A program made the translations under genes and the position numbers. DNA of 63,772 nt, the filler included, from Stramenopiles sp. TOSAG23-2 (taxonomy: Eukaryota): the NCBI GenBank assembly GCA_900128395.1. It is 54 parts of 54 records of this genome, joined end to end, with 100 filler letters (N's around TTAATTAATTAA, not from the genome) between each part and the next. Parts side by side here need not be neighbours in the genome. Positions count along the whole stretch, not along the records: positions 36,756 to 37,836 come from LT653785.1; positions 37,937 to 39,017 come from LT653786.1; positions 39,118 to 40,198 come from LT653787.1; positions 40,299 to 41,379 come from LT653788.1; positions 41,480 to 42,560 come from LT653789.1; positions 42,661 to 43,740 come from LT653790.1; positions 43,841 to 44,920 come from LT653791.1; positions 45,021 to 46,100 come from LT653792.1; 46 more parts are not named here. One strand, written 5' to 3'. Positions 36,756 through 48,559 of the stretch are shown here, one piece after another; within the stretch, counting starts at the first letter, position 1, and the number at the start of each line of letters is the position of its first letter. A model generated the notes under the pieces. The model searched no databases, was not told where the DNA came from, and saw only the letters and a program-made list of their open reading frames with translations.

Positions 36756-37306
36756 CTGATTTTCATCCAGAGTCTTGGAATCCTATGTGGAGTGTCTCAA
36801 CAATTTTATCTGGTTTAGTTTCATTTTTTTTAGAAGAATCATCTCATACGTATGGCAGTATGTCTGCGTCTAAATTACAGCGTAGGAAGTTTGCTACCAA
36901 TTCCTCGACATTCAATCTTCGTGACAGTGTATTTTGTGATTTGTTTCCTGATATGGCAACTGTTTGTAAAGAAAATATTTATAAAAGTATCAAAGCGAAC
37001 AATGATAATAATAATAGTAATAATAGTACAAATAATAATAATAAGAATAATAATAATAATAAAATTTATAATAATAATAACAACACAGTTCGTCGTAGAG
37101 GAGGGACAGGACATTTAAATAATGATATTGGTGGCAATGCAACACCAGCAGCATTGTTTAATAAAAATAATTTACGTAACATGAAAAATAATATTGATGG
37201 TGTCAATCGTTCTGGAAAATTTATCGAAACAGTTTTTCTTGTATTATTTTTAATTTGCATCTTTGGAGTAATCAGCATATTGTTCTATTTACAACAAAAG
37301 AAGTAA
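36756..37306 (+). CDS. UBC6: ER-anchored E2 (UBC6/UBE2J type), C-terminal part
   Basis: DFHPESWNPMWSVSTILSGLVSF..GS..F.DLFP; C-terminal TM anchor. Confidence 0.88.
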
Positions 37307-37653
37307 TATAAACAACATGGATGGGCCGCGTTATTTGGATTTGTGGAGGATGTGCTCGTGTTTTTGCTTTTTACAAAGAAGTGTGGTGGGGCAACTAAAA
37401 TATCAGTATGGTTTATAATGAAGCGGACGGGAATCTCACACAGTAATATTTAATTTAGCGTGCGTACTATCATATGCATACTACTGGGTGTATTTTTTAA
37501 AATGAATATATTATTAAATGATACGACTGATATTTTATGCATTTATAAAAACAAATTGTCTTTTTACATATCATAACTCCCTCATACCTCATACAGACTT
37601 GACGACTTGACACTACTAAATCTCTAACTTCTCGCTTCTCAAATCACTCTCAG

Positions 37654-37836
37654 TCAATCATACAACACGTCGACAACATGAACTCCATCTTCCTTTGTAA
37701 TAAATTTAATTTGTGTAGATTTTTGATCTAAATTCAATGTATAGACACGTGGTAATGTATCGTTGCCATCGCCAATTTGTTTTGTCAGTTGCATTTTGTT
37801 CGTCTTTTCTTTATTAACATCTCCACGACCTTGATG
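37654..37836 (-). CDS. C-terminal fragment of an unknown gene
   Basis: 60 codons open from the contig edge to TGA (..QIKFITKEDGVHVVDVLYD*). Confidence 0.45.
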   Translation of the reverse strand, partial: HQGRGDVNKEKTNKMQLTKQIGDGNDTLPRVYTLNLDQKSTQIKFITKEDGVHVVDVLYD

Positions 37837-38383
37837 NNNNNNNNNNNNNNNNNNNNNNNNNNNNNNNNNNNNNNNNNNNNTTAATTAATTAANNNNNNNN
37901 NNNNNNNNNNNNNNNNNNNNNNNNNNNNNNNNNNNNGATGGAAAACCAAAAATGTGGAAGTAATGTAGAAATAAATACCCGAACGTTCGTAAAATAGAGT
38001 ATTTATAATACCACGGGAAGTAAAATTATTATATAACTGTAGAGATTTTAACCATCTTTTATAATATCATGTGGTAATGATAATGCATATATTTTTTAAA
38101 ATATTTTTTAAGTTTTTTATGAATTCGTAATAAATATCATTAATATTTAAAATAATATATTAAATGTTAATAGTTACTAGTCATATATTCATTATTAATA
38201 GTTTTTAGTTTATTTGACTATTAACTATTAACTATTAATAGGTTTCTGAGTATTTTCCTATCATTTTCGAATATCATTTCTTTTAACGTGTTATCCTACC
38301 AGTATATCCTATATAATGGGAAAAAATCTTAAGTTCTATTTATATGCTAAATAGGTGTTTTTCTGTTCCTCTGAATTCCTATT

Positions 38384-38586
38384 GTTCAAAAACCTGGTTC
38401 ACAGTATTCACCTGCTATAGTGGTATACACTACATAGCATTGTAATGATATTATATTTATTTAGCCGTGGTCCACTTCGTATTTATTATATACTAAATAT
38501 TATAATATGTTCTATCAAACATATACAATGGTATGTCTATCTTGCTTGCTATAAGCAGGTGAATACTGTGAACCACCTTTTTGAAC
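38384..38586. mobile_element. MITE-like element with about 37-bp terminal inverted repeats
   Basis: GTTCAAAAACCTGGTTCACAGTATTCACCTGCTATAG versus CTATAAGCAGGTGAATACTGTGAACCACCTTTTTGAAC. Confidence 0.7.
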
Positions 38587-38651
38587 CCCAATCGGGACGG
38601 AAGGAAAATCAAATTCATCACCACCACACCACCACCAAACAAAACTTAATA

Positions 38652-38893
38652 TCCTGATATAATTTTTACTGTGCCGGCCAGTCACCGATTTTCGGTACGA
38701 ATTAATTATTATACTTAAACACTATATTACCTATCAAATACACAAATTAATCAGGTTTTCAATAAATTTAAATTTCGAGTGTGTGAGTTTTGGATTAATT
38801 TGTGTATTTTATAGGTAATATATTTTTTAAGTATACCATAGAATTTGTACCGAAAATCGGTGACTGGCCGGTACAGTAAAAATTATATCGGGA
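38652..38893. mobile_element. Foldback/MITE-like element with about 101-bp inverted arms and a 40-bp loop
   Basis: 38652-38752 is the imperfect reverse complement of 38793-38893; the outer about 50 bp are nearly perfect. Confidence 0.8.
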
Positions 38894-38982
38894 ACAAAAG
38901 CTAATAAAGATGAATAAAAGATATATAGAAAACAAATGTATACATCACACAGAGGAAAATTCAATTCCCATTGGCATAATAC

Positions 38983-39017
<35 letters not shown>

Positions 39018-40298
39018 NNNNNNNNNNNNNNNNNNNNNNNNNNNNNNNNNNNNNNNNNNNNTTAATTAATTAANNNNNNNNNNNNNNNNNNNNNNNNNNN
39101 NNNNNNNNNNNNNNNNNTGTGATATTTTTTGTTTCTTATTGTTATGATTCATTCTTTTATTTCTCCATTCTTTTCCAATACATGATGATATCTATATTCT
39201 CTCTCTTCTACTTTGTTATGACTATTTTTTACACAACAATAAATTAAAATATATATTTTTATGGTGAAAAATTTATAACTAATTGTACTTGATAGTATAT
39301 AATTATATGCTAGGGGAAATGGGTTTTATTTTATTAATGTTAGTATTAGGGTTATAACACATTAGCGCAAGATAGCATTGTGATGTGTTGACGATGCTAT
39401 TCCTATATATATGTTTATTTATTATGATATTTTTGATGCCACAGTATGCACATATAGAAAACTAAAACCTATTAAGAACATGAAAAAAATGATGTGGTAG
39501 TCATATTTCTTGTAGCTGCCACAATTGCTTGCAAAAATCACACTAGATATAACGTCTCTGGTTTTTTTTCTCATTTCCAATCCCCTTTACTTTTATCCTT
39601 CTTTCTTGTAAATTGCTGCTTTGGTTGCTTTGGCATTGATTCTTTTGATTTATATGCTGGATTTATAATGTGTAACAACAAATTACTGAATGGTATATCG
39701 CGTAGTTCTGGATGTAACAACAATTTATCCATATCATTTATCGTTTTTGATATTTGCTGTGCATGCTTCTTCTTCTTTGCGTGCTTCTTCTTCTTTGCGA
39801 GCTTCTTGAGGTATTGCCGTATTGCTGGATGTAATTTCTGGGTGTGTCTTGAAACCGTCGCTGAAACCGTCGCGTTAGCACTTGATCTATCAAGGTTCGA
39901 CGAGATTCTTCTTACACACTTACTACTGCTGATGATGGTAATGTATTTTACAACTTTCGCCCATGTGTGTAATAATGTAATACAAAGTGAAAGAAATGAT
40001 AATTGGAGATCTCGGACAAAAAATAGAAAAATATTTTTGGCACTAAAACACCACATCGCAACTTCTTGTGTGTTTAACAATGACGATTGTTTTTTCTTGT
40101 TGATACTATCATTCATTATTACAAATAATTGTTGTACCATAAAGTTTGAAAACGTCGCGATCACCAATCCGTAATCTTTACATTATCACTAAATGTACNN
40201 NNNNNNNNNNNNNNNNNNNNNNNNNNNNNNNNNNNNNNNNNNTTAATTAATTAANNNNNNNNNNNNNNNNNNNNNNNNNNNNNNNNNNNNNNNNNNNN

Positions 40299-41379
40299 CT
40301 ACCAGCATATATACCTTCGTATCATTCAATAAATCATAATGTTAATGATAATAATAATTTAGAAAATGATGTAACGAATGATTCGTGCAATAAATATGCG
40401 TGGGATAAATTAGTTCAAGTAGATCTTCAATATCATTTAAAAAAGGGTGGTTTAATGGAAAGTAATTTGAAACATACAGTCAAGGTATGGCATGATTTCA
40501 TTTTTCACTTTCAATATCTAAATGGAAAATGGTATATATCAAACATCCCATCAAAAAAATGCACCAGAGAGGGCCGTGTTTGCTGGGCTAGATTACTATC
40601 CTTTCTTGAAGAGCTGCAGTCAATAAACAACCGCCAACTATTAAAAAAGAATGTAAAACCAAATAATGTTTTAGACGTATTATATTCACCGTGGGATGAG
40701 CCATTAAATATTAGTACATATCCAGTTTTACAATATAACCGAAGAGTGGACGACTTTGGTATGATTATTCCATATAGCTATGCCTTCAATCATGGTCAAC
40801 TTCGTGATTACATAGTACGAAAAGTGAGATTAAAAGGAAATAAGCTTCGTTCTAGGTCGGAAAATATATTCGTCATTAGACAATTAGAAAAATGCAAACA
40901 AACTTCTAATGCTGAGCGAAAGAATGTTGCTATTTTTCGAGGATCAGCAACATATGCCAATTCATTTATGACATCATCGCGTGGTATTTTATGTAAGATG
41001 TTGGAGAACTCTCCCAAATTGCAAACTTATTTGGACGTTGGTATAATATCAGGAGAGGCTGATGGTACATATTGTGGTCGGACACATGATAGAATATCGC
41101 TTAGGGAACAAGCGTCATGCTATAATATGATACTTGATATTGAAGGTCAATCGTATTTTACAGATAGAATGGTCTCTTTATTGCTGTTAAATACAACTAT
41201 TTTAAGACAAGAACGCAAAGGCGTTGATTTTTTGTCTCCATTTTATCTCCAACCGTGGAAACATTATATTCCTGTAAATTATGATTTTTCAAATGTAGAA
41301 GATCGAATTCATTGGGCTATCTCAAAAAAAAATTTAAAACAAATAAAAGCAATACGTAAGAACTCTATCGATATAGGGT
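40299..41379 (+). CDS. Glycosyltransferase family 90 (CAP10/POGLUT-like), partial
   Basis: AIFRGSAT..SR..LDVGI..YNMILDIEG..DRM..LL..LQPWKHYIPV. Confidence 0.85.
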
Positions 41380-41479
41380 NNNNNNNNNNNNNNNNNNNNN
41401 NNNNNNNNNNNNNNNNNNNNNNNTTAATTAATTAANNNNNNNNNNNNNNNNNNNNNNNNNNNNNNNNNNNNNNNNNNNN

Positions 41480-42560
41480 ATCCGTTGCATTTTTCGGAGA
41501 ATTGTTTGGGGATGTTTTTTGCTCCCAGGCTGACTTTACTTGCAGCAAATTTTCTCGTGTCTGTTTACGGCGTTTTTTTCGGCTTGATTCGCTTTCATCA
41601 AAACCTAACATAAATCCACGTTGATTTAAACGTCGCTGGGCGCGCCGCTTGCGTTGTCTGATTTGATTTGCTTTGAACCAATTATTTAATGCAACTAATG
41701 TCCATACACAACCACTTAAAAATATACAAATCAATGGTAGTGACAATACAGTCGCTTGATGAAGGAAAAATGTTGATGTTTTAATTGTATCCGGCCCACG
41801 CCTTTCAAGACTGCAAGAAGGATTGAAAACATATTCCCCAGCAGATCCTATGGCATTTAAAAATCTAAAATAATTACTCATTGAATCTGGCCATTTCAAT
41901 GGAAATCCAGTTGCTAAACTTATTAATTGCAAATGATTGATGACAATTTTTTTCAATGATTGTGCATAATGATGATGCGAATGATTCAAATCTTCCTCAT
42001 TTTGTTTTAAAGCTGTTCTTAAAAATCCAGCAACGATAAATACAATAAATAGAAAGGCAAAGCCGACNNNNNNNNNNNNNNNNNNNNNNNNNNNNNNNNN
42101 NNNNNNNNNNNNNNNNNNNNNNNNNNNNNNNNNNNNNNNNNNNNNNNNCGACGACAATGGTATTTAACCATTCTGGAGGACATGCGACACATTCGCCAAC
42201 GCCAGCTTCCCAATATCCTGGGCGACAAGCACGGCAAAGTCTACATGTCTTGTGCAAAGACGTATCATTCGACGTTTTGTCCCCACAATTGGTTTCAAAA
42301 CCCAACTCGTAATTGCAAATTTCTGGACCATCTAATAATGCCATGTCCTTACCATCCTCATCAAAGTATTTACCACGCAACAGATTATTTGTACCACCTA
42401 AACATGCTTTTGGATTAATGCATGGCCAAAATATTTCTTTCGTCCCACGTTTGTCTATTTCATCTAATCGATAATACCCAAACTTTGCCCGAACATCCTT
42501 CCAAAGGCTTTCACCGGTACAATCAGCCCCTCGCGGACAGTCACGACATTCCCAATTTGT
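41480..42560 (-). CDS. Large Cys-rich ectodomain + multi-TM protist membrane protein (partial, N gap)
   Basis: CRDCPRGADC, WPCINPKACLGG, LCRACRPGY..CVACP, then KIVINHLQLISLATGFPLKWP. Confidence 0.7.
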
Positions 42561-42662
42561 NNNNNNNNNNNNNNNNNNNNNNNNNNNNNNNNNNNNNNNN
42601 NNNNTTAATTAATTAANNNNNNNNNNNNNNNNNNNNNNNNNNNNNNNNNNNNNNNNNNNNAA

Positions 42663-43127
42663 TATGAATACAGAGATACAATACATAAGTCAGGTAAAAC
42701 CATAGGATTTATAGCCCAAGAAGTTCGTGAAATTATACCAAACGCAGTAATGTTAGAAAAACGATTTACTCCAAATGAAATGCGACATTTCGTAAATCTT
42801 GAATGGAATGAAGTAAAAGACAGTAGTGATAATACACATTATACATTACACACGGATTTACAAGATGTTAGTGGAGTTAAATATTTATTTTATGTTAGTA
42901 ATGAAACAGATGGTATTGGAGAAGAAGCGGAATATGTGGTAGGAAATAGTGATAATACCTTTACATTTCAAGAAAAATACAGCAATATATTCTGTTATGG
43001 AAAAGAAGTAAATGATTTTCACCAATTAGATAAAAGTAAATTATTTGCTTTAAATTTTTCAGCAACACAAGAACTAATACGAAAAGTAGAACAGTTAGAA
43101 CAAGAAATACAACTGTTAAAAAAATAA
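42663..43127 (+). CDS. Virion fibre C-terminus with a peptidase S74 intramolecular chaperone domain
   Basis: YEYRD..IGFIAQEVREIIPNAV..IFCYGKEVNDFHQLDKSKLFALNFSATQELIRKVEQLEQEI (terminal coiled coil). Confidence 0.85.
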   Translation, partial: YEYRDTIHKSGKTIGFIAQEVREIIPNAVMLEKRFTPNEMRHFVNLEWNEVKDSSDNTHYTLHTDLQDVSGVKYLFYVSNETDGIGEEAEYVVGNSDNTFTFQEKYSNIFCYGKEVNDFHQLDKSKLFALNFSATQELIRKVEQLEQEIQLLKK

Positions 43128-43149
43128 AATAATCTTTAGCAAGTATATA

Positions 43150-43329
43150 ATGCCTCATAAAAGAAAACCCGGACGCCCTCGAAAAACACGAAGAAGAAAA
43201 AAACAACGCGGTGGTGCTATTTTTGGTGCTGCTGCGTCTCTTTTGGCACCAGTGGCAATTGAAGTTATTGGAAAATCAATTGCAACTAAAAGACCTGTTA
43301 TTAAAGTGTTAGCCGATAAATTTAAATAA
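43150..43329 (+). CDS. 59-aa basic core-like protein (AT-hook, QRGG, hydrophobic helix); not in the ORF track
   Basis: MPHKRKPGRPRKTRRRKKQRGGAIFGAAASLLAPVAIEVIGKSIATKRPVIKVLADKFK*. Confidence 0.75.
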   Translation: MPHKRKPGRPRKTRRRKKQRGGAIFGAAASLLAPVAIEVIGKSIATKRPVIKVLADKFK

Positions 43330-43359
43330 ATATTAATAAATAATTGTTAATATTTATTT
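43324..43359. terminator. AT-rich hairpin between convergent ORFs
   Basis: AAATAAATATTAATAA-ATAA-TTGTTAATATTTATTT: 16-bp stem with 1 mismatch and a 4-nt loop. Confidence 0.6.
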
Positions 43360-43368
43360 GATTTCTTT

Positions 43369-43740
43369 TTAAATTGTTTTTAATGTATTAGTTTTTGTAT
43401 TAAGTACCCATTTTGGTCGTATAATTTCTTCTACTGGTTTTGGCATTGATTTACCATCTTCTTCATAATCACTTAAATCTATCCAATATCTAGGTTTTAA
43501 TATTGGATAATAACCAATTACTACTCCTTTCATATCATACCTTACAATACCAGGTATTTGGTTATAGAATTGTGGATAGGCTCTATTCCATAAGATAACT
43601 TCTTTAGTTATTTCTCTTTCAATGCTTCCAGTGTCAAATAACTGAAAACACATTACTTTTGCTACATATATAGCTGCATCTTTTATTTCTTCTTTATCAT
43701 CAAAGCCGTGTTTATGAACTCCAGTTTCACTATTATTACA
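43369..43740 (-). CDS. Hypothetical viral protein (5'-partial)
   Basis: 123 sense codons open to the contig edge; the stop lies next to the hairpin. Confidence 0.6.
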   Translation of the reverse strand, partial: CNNSETGVHKHGFDDKEEIKDAAIYVAKVMCFQLFDTGSIEREITKEVILWNRAYPQFYNQIPGIVRYDMKGVVIGYYPILKPRYWIDLSDYEEDGKSMPKPVEEIIRPKWVLNTKTNTLKTI

Positions 43741-43841
43741 NNNNNNNNNNNNNNNNNNNNNNNNNNNNNNNNNNNNNNNNNNNNTTAATTAATTAANNNN
43801 NNNNNNNNNNNNNNNNNNNNNNNNNNNNNNNNNNNNNNNNT

Positions 43842-44920
43842 ATGGAATTGAAAGAATATTATACGCAAACTATCTATTTGTTTACGCATGATAAATATGG
43901 TAATCCACAGTTACATTCAAATGATGATATCGAAGTTGTAGTGGAGGAATCGTGTCCATATCGTTTAAGAAGTATTATCCGTGGTGAAGATGTTGATAAT
44001 GAAAAAGATAAGTTTAAAATTACCAGAGAAGATCGATACTTTGCGGAAAATGTTAAAAAGAATAGTAATAAAAATGTTTACAAATGCGAATTTGTCTTGA
44101 AAGATGATTTCGAACATAGATTAGTTGCAAAAGGATTTGCTGCGCTTGTAGAGTCAGATGAAACGATCGAATGCATTGTGCGTATCAAATGTAACGGAGA
44201 TAGTTTGCCACAATCGCCATTTATTTTAAAAACAAATTTAGATGGATCGAATCAAGAGAAACAAGTGGTTACCTTACATCATGATATTGATGAAACGATG
44301 ACATTTAAAGACACTTATGGCAGTAAATCACCACGAGAATTTCAACGCATTATGCAAGAAAGAAATGACAAGGAAAAAGCCAGTAGACGACTGATTTATA
44401 ATAAAAATAAACATCATCATCGACGACAAATTGCAAATGATATGTCTTACAATACAAGTGAAGAGGAAGAAGAAGAATATGATGAATATGAAGAGGAACA
44501 GGATGATAGAAATGGGAAAAAGCGTGATAATGAAAACGGCGGGGCACTTTATGGGGATAACACTCCTAACATTGTGAATAATAATGATGATAACAACAAG
44601 ACAAAACCAGTATTGGTTACAAAAAACATGATGTTAAATTATAGTCCTGTAAAAACGCCTATGATGAATAATACCAGTAGTGGTAAGAATGATTTAAAGA
44701 AATTTATACCATCACGTACTGAAGATTACATAGCAAATGTACGAAATGAAACTATTTATCCATCATTGGCTGAATATATTCGTGGTGAAATTTATGAGCA
44801 TTTAAAGAAATCTCCATTTTCATCATTAAAAGTGATGCAACCAGATATTAGAGCACCAATGGCTGCTCCAGCAATGAAAGTACTGGAACGATATGTATAT
44901 GGGCTGTGGATGGTATTTAT
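43842..44920 (+). CDS. Protein with a filamin-type Ig repeat (partial)
   Basis: IYLFTHDKYGN..DIEVVV...VRIKCNGDSLPQSPFIL; open across the contig. Confidence 0.6.
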
Positions 44921-45020
44921 NNNNNNNNNNNNNNNNNNNNNNNNNNNNNNNNNNNNNNNNNNNNTTAATTAATTAANNNNNNNNNNNNNNNNNNNNNNNN
45001 NNNNNNNNNNNNNNNNNNNN

Positions 45021-46099
45021 TTGACGACGACGTACATCAAGTGCATCACCATCGGCACCAAGAAGATGAACGCCATGTAATGCATCGAGCACCTGGAATA
45101 CATCGCCTCGATTACGTTCCAATACGTCTCGAATTTATTCTCAAACCACAATTCTCTCACTGCTGGTGCCGAGAATTGAAATAAAAACGCGTAGGATATG
45201 GACATGATCGAGTAGAACAATGAATACTTGAAGCTCGAATACCTCGAAATGTTATACTTGCCGATGATCAACGGCATGAACGCAATTGCCCCAAACTGTA
45301 TCTTCGTGAACTCGTGCGAGATAGGTCCGTACACTCCCGCTAAAAACAACGTCACTTGTGGATGTCTCAAAAAAGTCTTAATCATTTGCCTCCAAAAGTA
45401 CAATTTTTCCTCGTATTTTCTATCGTACTCGAACGTGCCTCTCGCGCCGATTTGTTTCCTCACGCCTAAACTCAAAAACGCCGCATCGATTGCCAACTGT
45501 AACGGTACAAATCTCGTCAAAACGTTCTTCACGTACACCGAATACACATCTGGCGTTAAAATCCTATTTTCGTTCGGGACAATCTCCTGTATCCCAGTGA
45601 TGGTAATTTTCGTTTCCAACATCAAAATGCACGCGAAGTAAATCGCGTACTGTTTCAACCTCGGATCCAGCCTGAAATGCCCGAAATGAGGGTGGCTAAA
45701 AGCATCTTTCTGTTCGAAGTGTTGTTTTCGTTGTTCGTGTTCTCGATTCAACGCCGTCTTCTTATTCGTCGTCCTCTCGGTATACGAAGACCGATGAAAC
45801 CCCACGATTTCCTTCTTCTCTTTCGTGGTTTCAAACCACCTCCTACGAATGATCTCTCTCAATTCGACCGCGTGATCTACCACAACCGAGAAGGATTTTT
45901 GGTTCTCCAGATTTAACTGAACGTCTTCGTATCGCACCATCGTCTCTCCGCCCTGTTGATGCAACCGTTTCAATTCTCCTGTCGTTTTCTCTCGTCGCCG
46001 GTGGTCTCCCTCCCGCGCAACATCATCAAAACGTTTCGCAGACCAATAATGTCGTCGTTGTTGACGGTGCTGGACGATACCGTCCTCCTCCTCCTCCTC
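45021..46099 (-). CDS. Membrane protein fragment on a higher-GC, CpG-rich contig, probably from another organism
   Basis: Open across the contig; frequent CG-containing codons and GAG/GAC repeats, unlike the other contigs. Confidence 0.6.
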
Positions 46100-47423
46100 C
46101 NNNNNNNNNNNNNNNNNNNNNNNNNNNNNNNNNNNNNNNNNNNNTTAATTAATTAANNNNNNNNNNNNNNNNNNNNNNNNNNNNNNNNNNNNNNNNNNNN
46201 CTTCTCGTGTTAAAGTAATATGCTCAATACTCAATCGCAAGAATAATATGTTATCCTACTATAGTAAAGCTCTAATGCACCTCTGCAAACTAATACTCTA
46301 CAAGCACAAGTAGGTTTCTATCCTTCCAACATGTTCGAACGTTGAACGCGTTGGACGTCGGGTTCACTCGATAGCACTGGATATCTTTGCAAACATTGTA
46401 GATAAGCGAATATGGATGAATATGTATCATGTGTTGCACACAACAGATTAGAATACGTATACTTTTAATTGTTTAGCAACTTAAGTTAAGTCCATGTGTT
46501 GATGTGTTGTGGCGAAAGCTTGGCAAAAAGTGCCAAAGAAGCTATTTAGGAAAGAGGATCCTCTCTACTATTTAGCTGGTTAGCCCTAGTAATTTAGGCT
46601 AAGGCTAGGAAAGTGAAAAGTGGCATCGAATAGATTTTGCTTTTTCGTCCAGTTGCTTCGGCGTTTTTCATTACCATGAAAATAGCATTTGATACTCGAT
46701 TTTTCAGGAGCTAAGCTTTGTACCAAAATGTATACATATTATCCTTTACGGGAGATCGATAAGTGCACCAGGGGCTGCTGTTATAACCATATAAATATCA
46801 TTAGGATCCTATTCCCTGTAACCTATAATTTTTATGAATTTATGCATATAATGCATTTTATTTATCATATTTTATTGTTTTTTTGTATTTATATTCCTAT
46901 ATATTTATACTCTTAGTATATAAACTTAATAAGAATATAAAATCGGATATTTATTTACTGACAGTCGATTGCAATAGCGCGTCCAAGGTGAAACGCATAT
47001 TAAAATAACACATATTATTGAAATTATAATGAAATATATCTTATAAATTTAACAAAAATTGTCTAGTTGGAGACGTAGATTTAATGCTGTGTAGCTTCTA
47101 TTTCGAGTACGATCAAGGGTATTTTTAAGGTTTTACAATGCTATTTCTAGCCTAAATACATGGAGCACTTCGTTTGATGATTTTAACCAGAGAGAAGAGA
47201 GGTGGCTCTTAATGCTATGTCCATGTACTTTTGATGGCACAAAAACCTGTTCTGTAACATACCTTATTTTGTTTAAAAATNNNNNNNNNNNNNNNNNNNN
47301 NNNNNNNNNNNNNNNNNNNNNNNNTTAATTAATTAANNNNNNNNNNNNNNNNNNNNNNNNNNNNNNNNNNNNNNNNNNNNATATGCATAGACCGGGTAGA
47401 TCCAAATTCATAAACTTTTATTT

Positions 47424-47462
<39 letters not shown>

Positions 47463-47800
47463 TGTGTGCTTGTACCATCTTGTGTCTCTTTTTCATTTCG
47501 TTTTTCTTTTTTGACATCTATCTTCTTTTTATTTGATTATTCGGGTAAAATATTTTTATATATATAATAATATATAATATGTATCTTATGCTAAAGCAAA
47601 GTCAATATACCATACGTAGTTGGAATATCGTTTCTGTTGCATTATACTAAAATACTATATTGAAGACAAGTTTTTCTTGTCATATTATTATCAAACCTTG
47701 GGTGAAGGCGAAGACTTGTAATGATTCTCATTTTAAACTTTTTTGCAAAAATATACAATCAAAATTAAATACAAAACAACTTTTCATTATACAATTGTCA

Positions 47801-48459
47801 TTACATTGGTTGTCCAAAATTAAAACCTGGTTGTGTGTGCGGTGCTAAATCTGCCGGTCCACCAAATGCAAATTGACCATCCGTGCCAATCTCAGGAGCA
47901 ACTTCGGCATCATCTTCATCGACAGCACCAAAATATTTTTCCAAAATTTTCACAGCACGCTCGTATATATTATTATCTTCGTGTTGTTGCAAATTATCGA
48001 TTTTGTCCAATCCATTCGCTTGCTCTACCACTAAAGCATGTGGATTTTCACCGCCATTTTGATCTTTCAAATCATCGCCAATTTTCAAGATATTCTCAAG
48101 GCCTTCTAATGCCACGGTAACAATCTTTGCATCATTCACTTCAAGCAACTCACACAATGGCAGTATGCAGCCTTGACTGACTAAGAAATTAATTTGCTCC
48201 GATGTGCCACCACTTGTTGCATTTGAGATTGCCCATGCTGCTTCTTTTTTAATATCAAATTCAGCAGAATTTAATAGATTAATCAATGGTGGAATAAGAT
48301 TTGCTTCAATCACAGACTTAATTTGCATATCATTTCCCGCTGTGATGTTGGATACTGTCCAACATGCTTCTTTTCTAATGCCTTTCTTAGTGCTTGATAA
48401 AAGTGCTAAAAGGCATGGTAAGGCTTGGCAATTGATAATGACTTGAGTTTGTAAATCGT
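47801..48459 (-). CDS. KPNA: Importin subunit alpha, C-terminal ARM repeats
   Basis: [65 protein letters not shown]. Confidence 0.96.
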
Positions 48460-48559
48460 NNNNNNNNNNNNNNNNNNNNNNNNNNNNNNNNNNNNNNNNN
48501 NNNTTAATTAATTAANNNNNNNNNNNNNNNNNNNNNNNNNNNNNNNNNNNNNNNNNNNN

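Larger units (their letters stand above)
42661..43740. mobile_element. dsDNA virus-derived contig (Polinton-like virus, virophage or NCLDV type)
   Basis: Three intronless ORFs with 22- and 39-bp spacers, no microsatellites, a fibre chaperone and a basic core-like protein. Confidence 0.7.

Noticed and set aside
39494-40174. Overlapping ORFs on both strands as a bidirectional gene pair
   Set aside because: Neither has a recognisable domain, and the plus ORF reads like the antisense shadow of Lys-rich sequence; it may be a decayed gene.
46201-47280. Possible transposon or retroelement relic
   Set aside because: I could not recognise any RT, integrase or transposase motif or terminal repeat in the frames I read.
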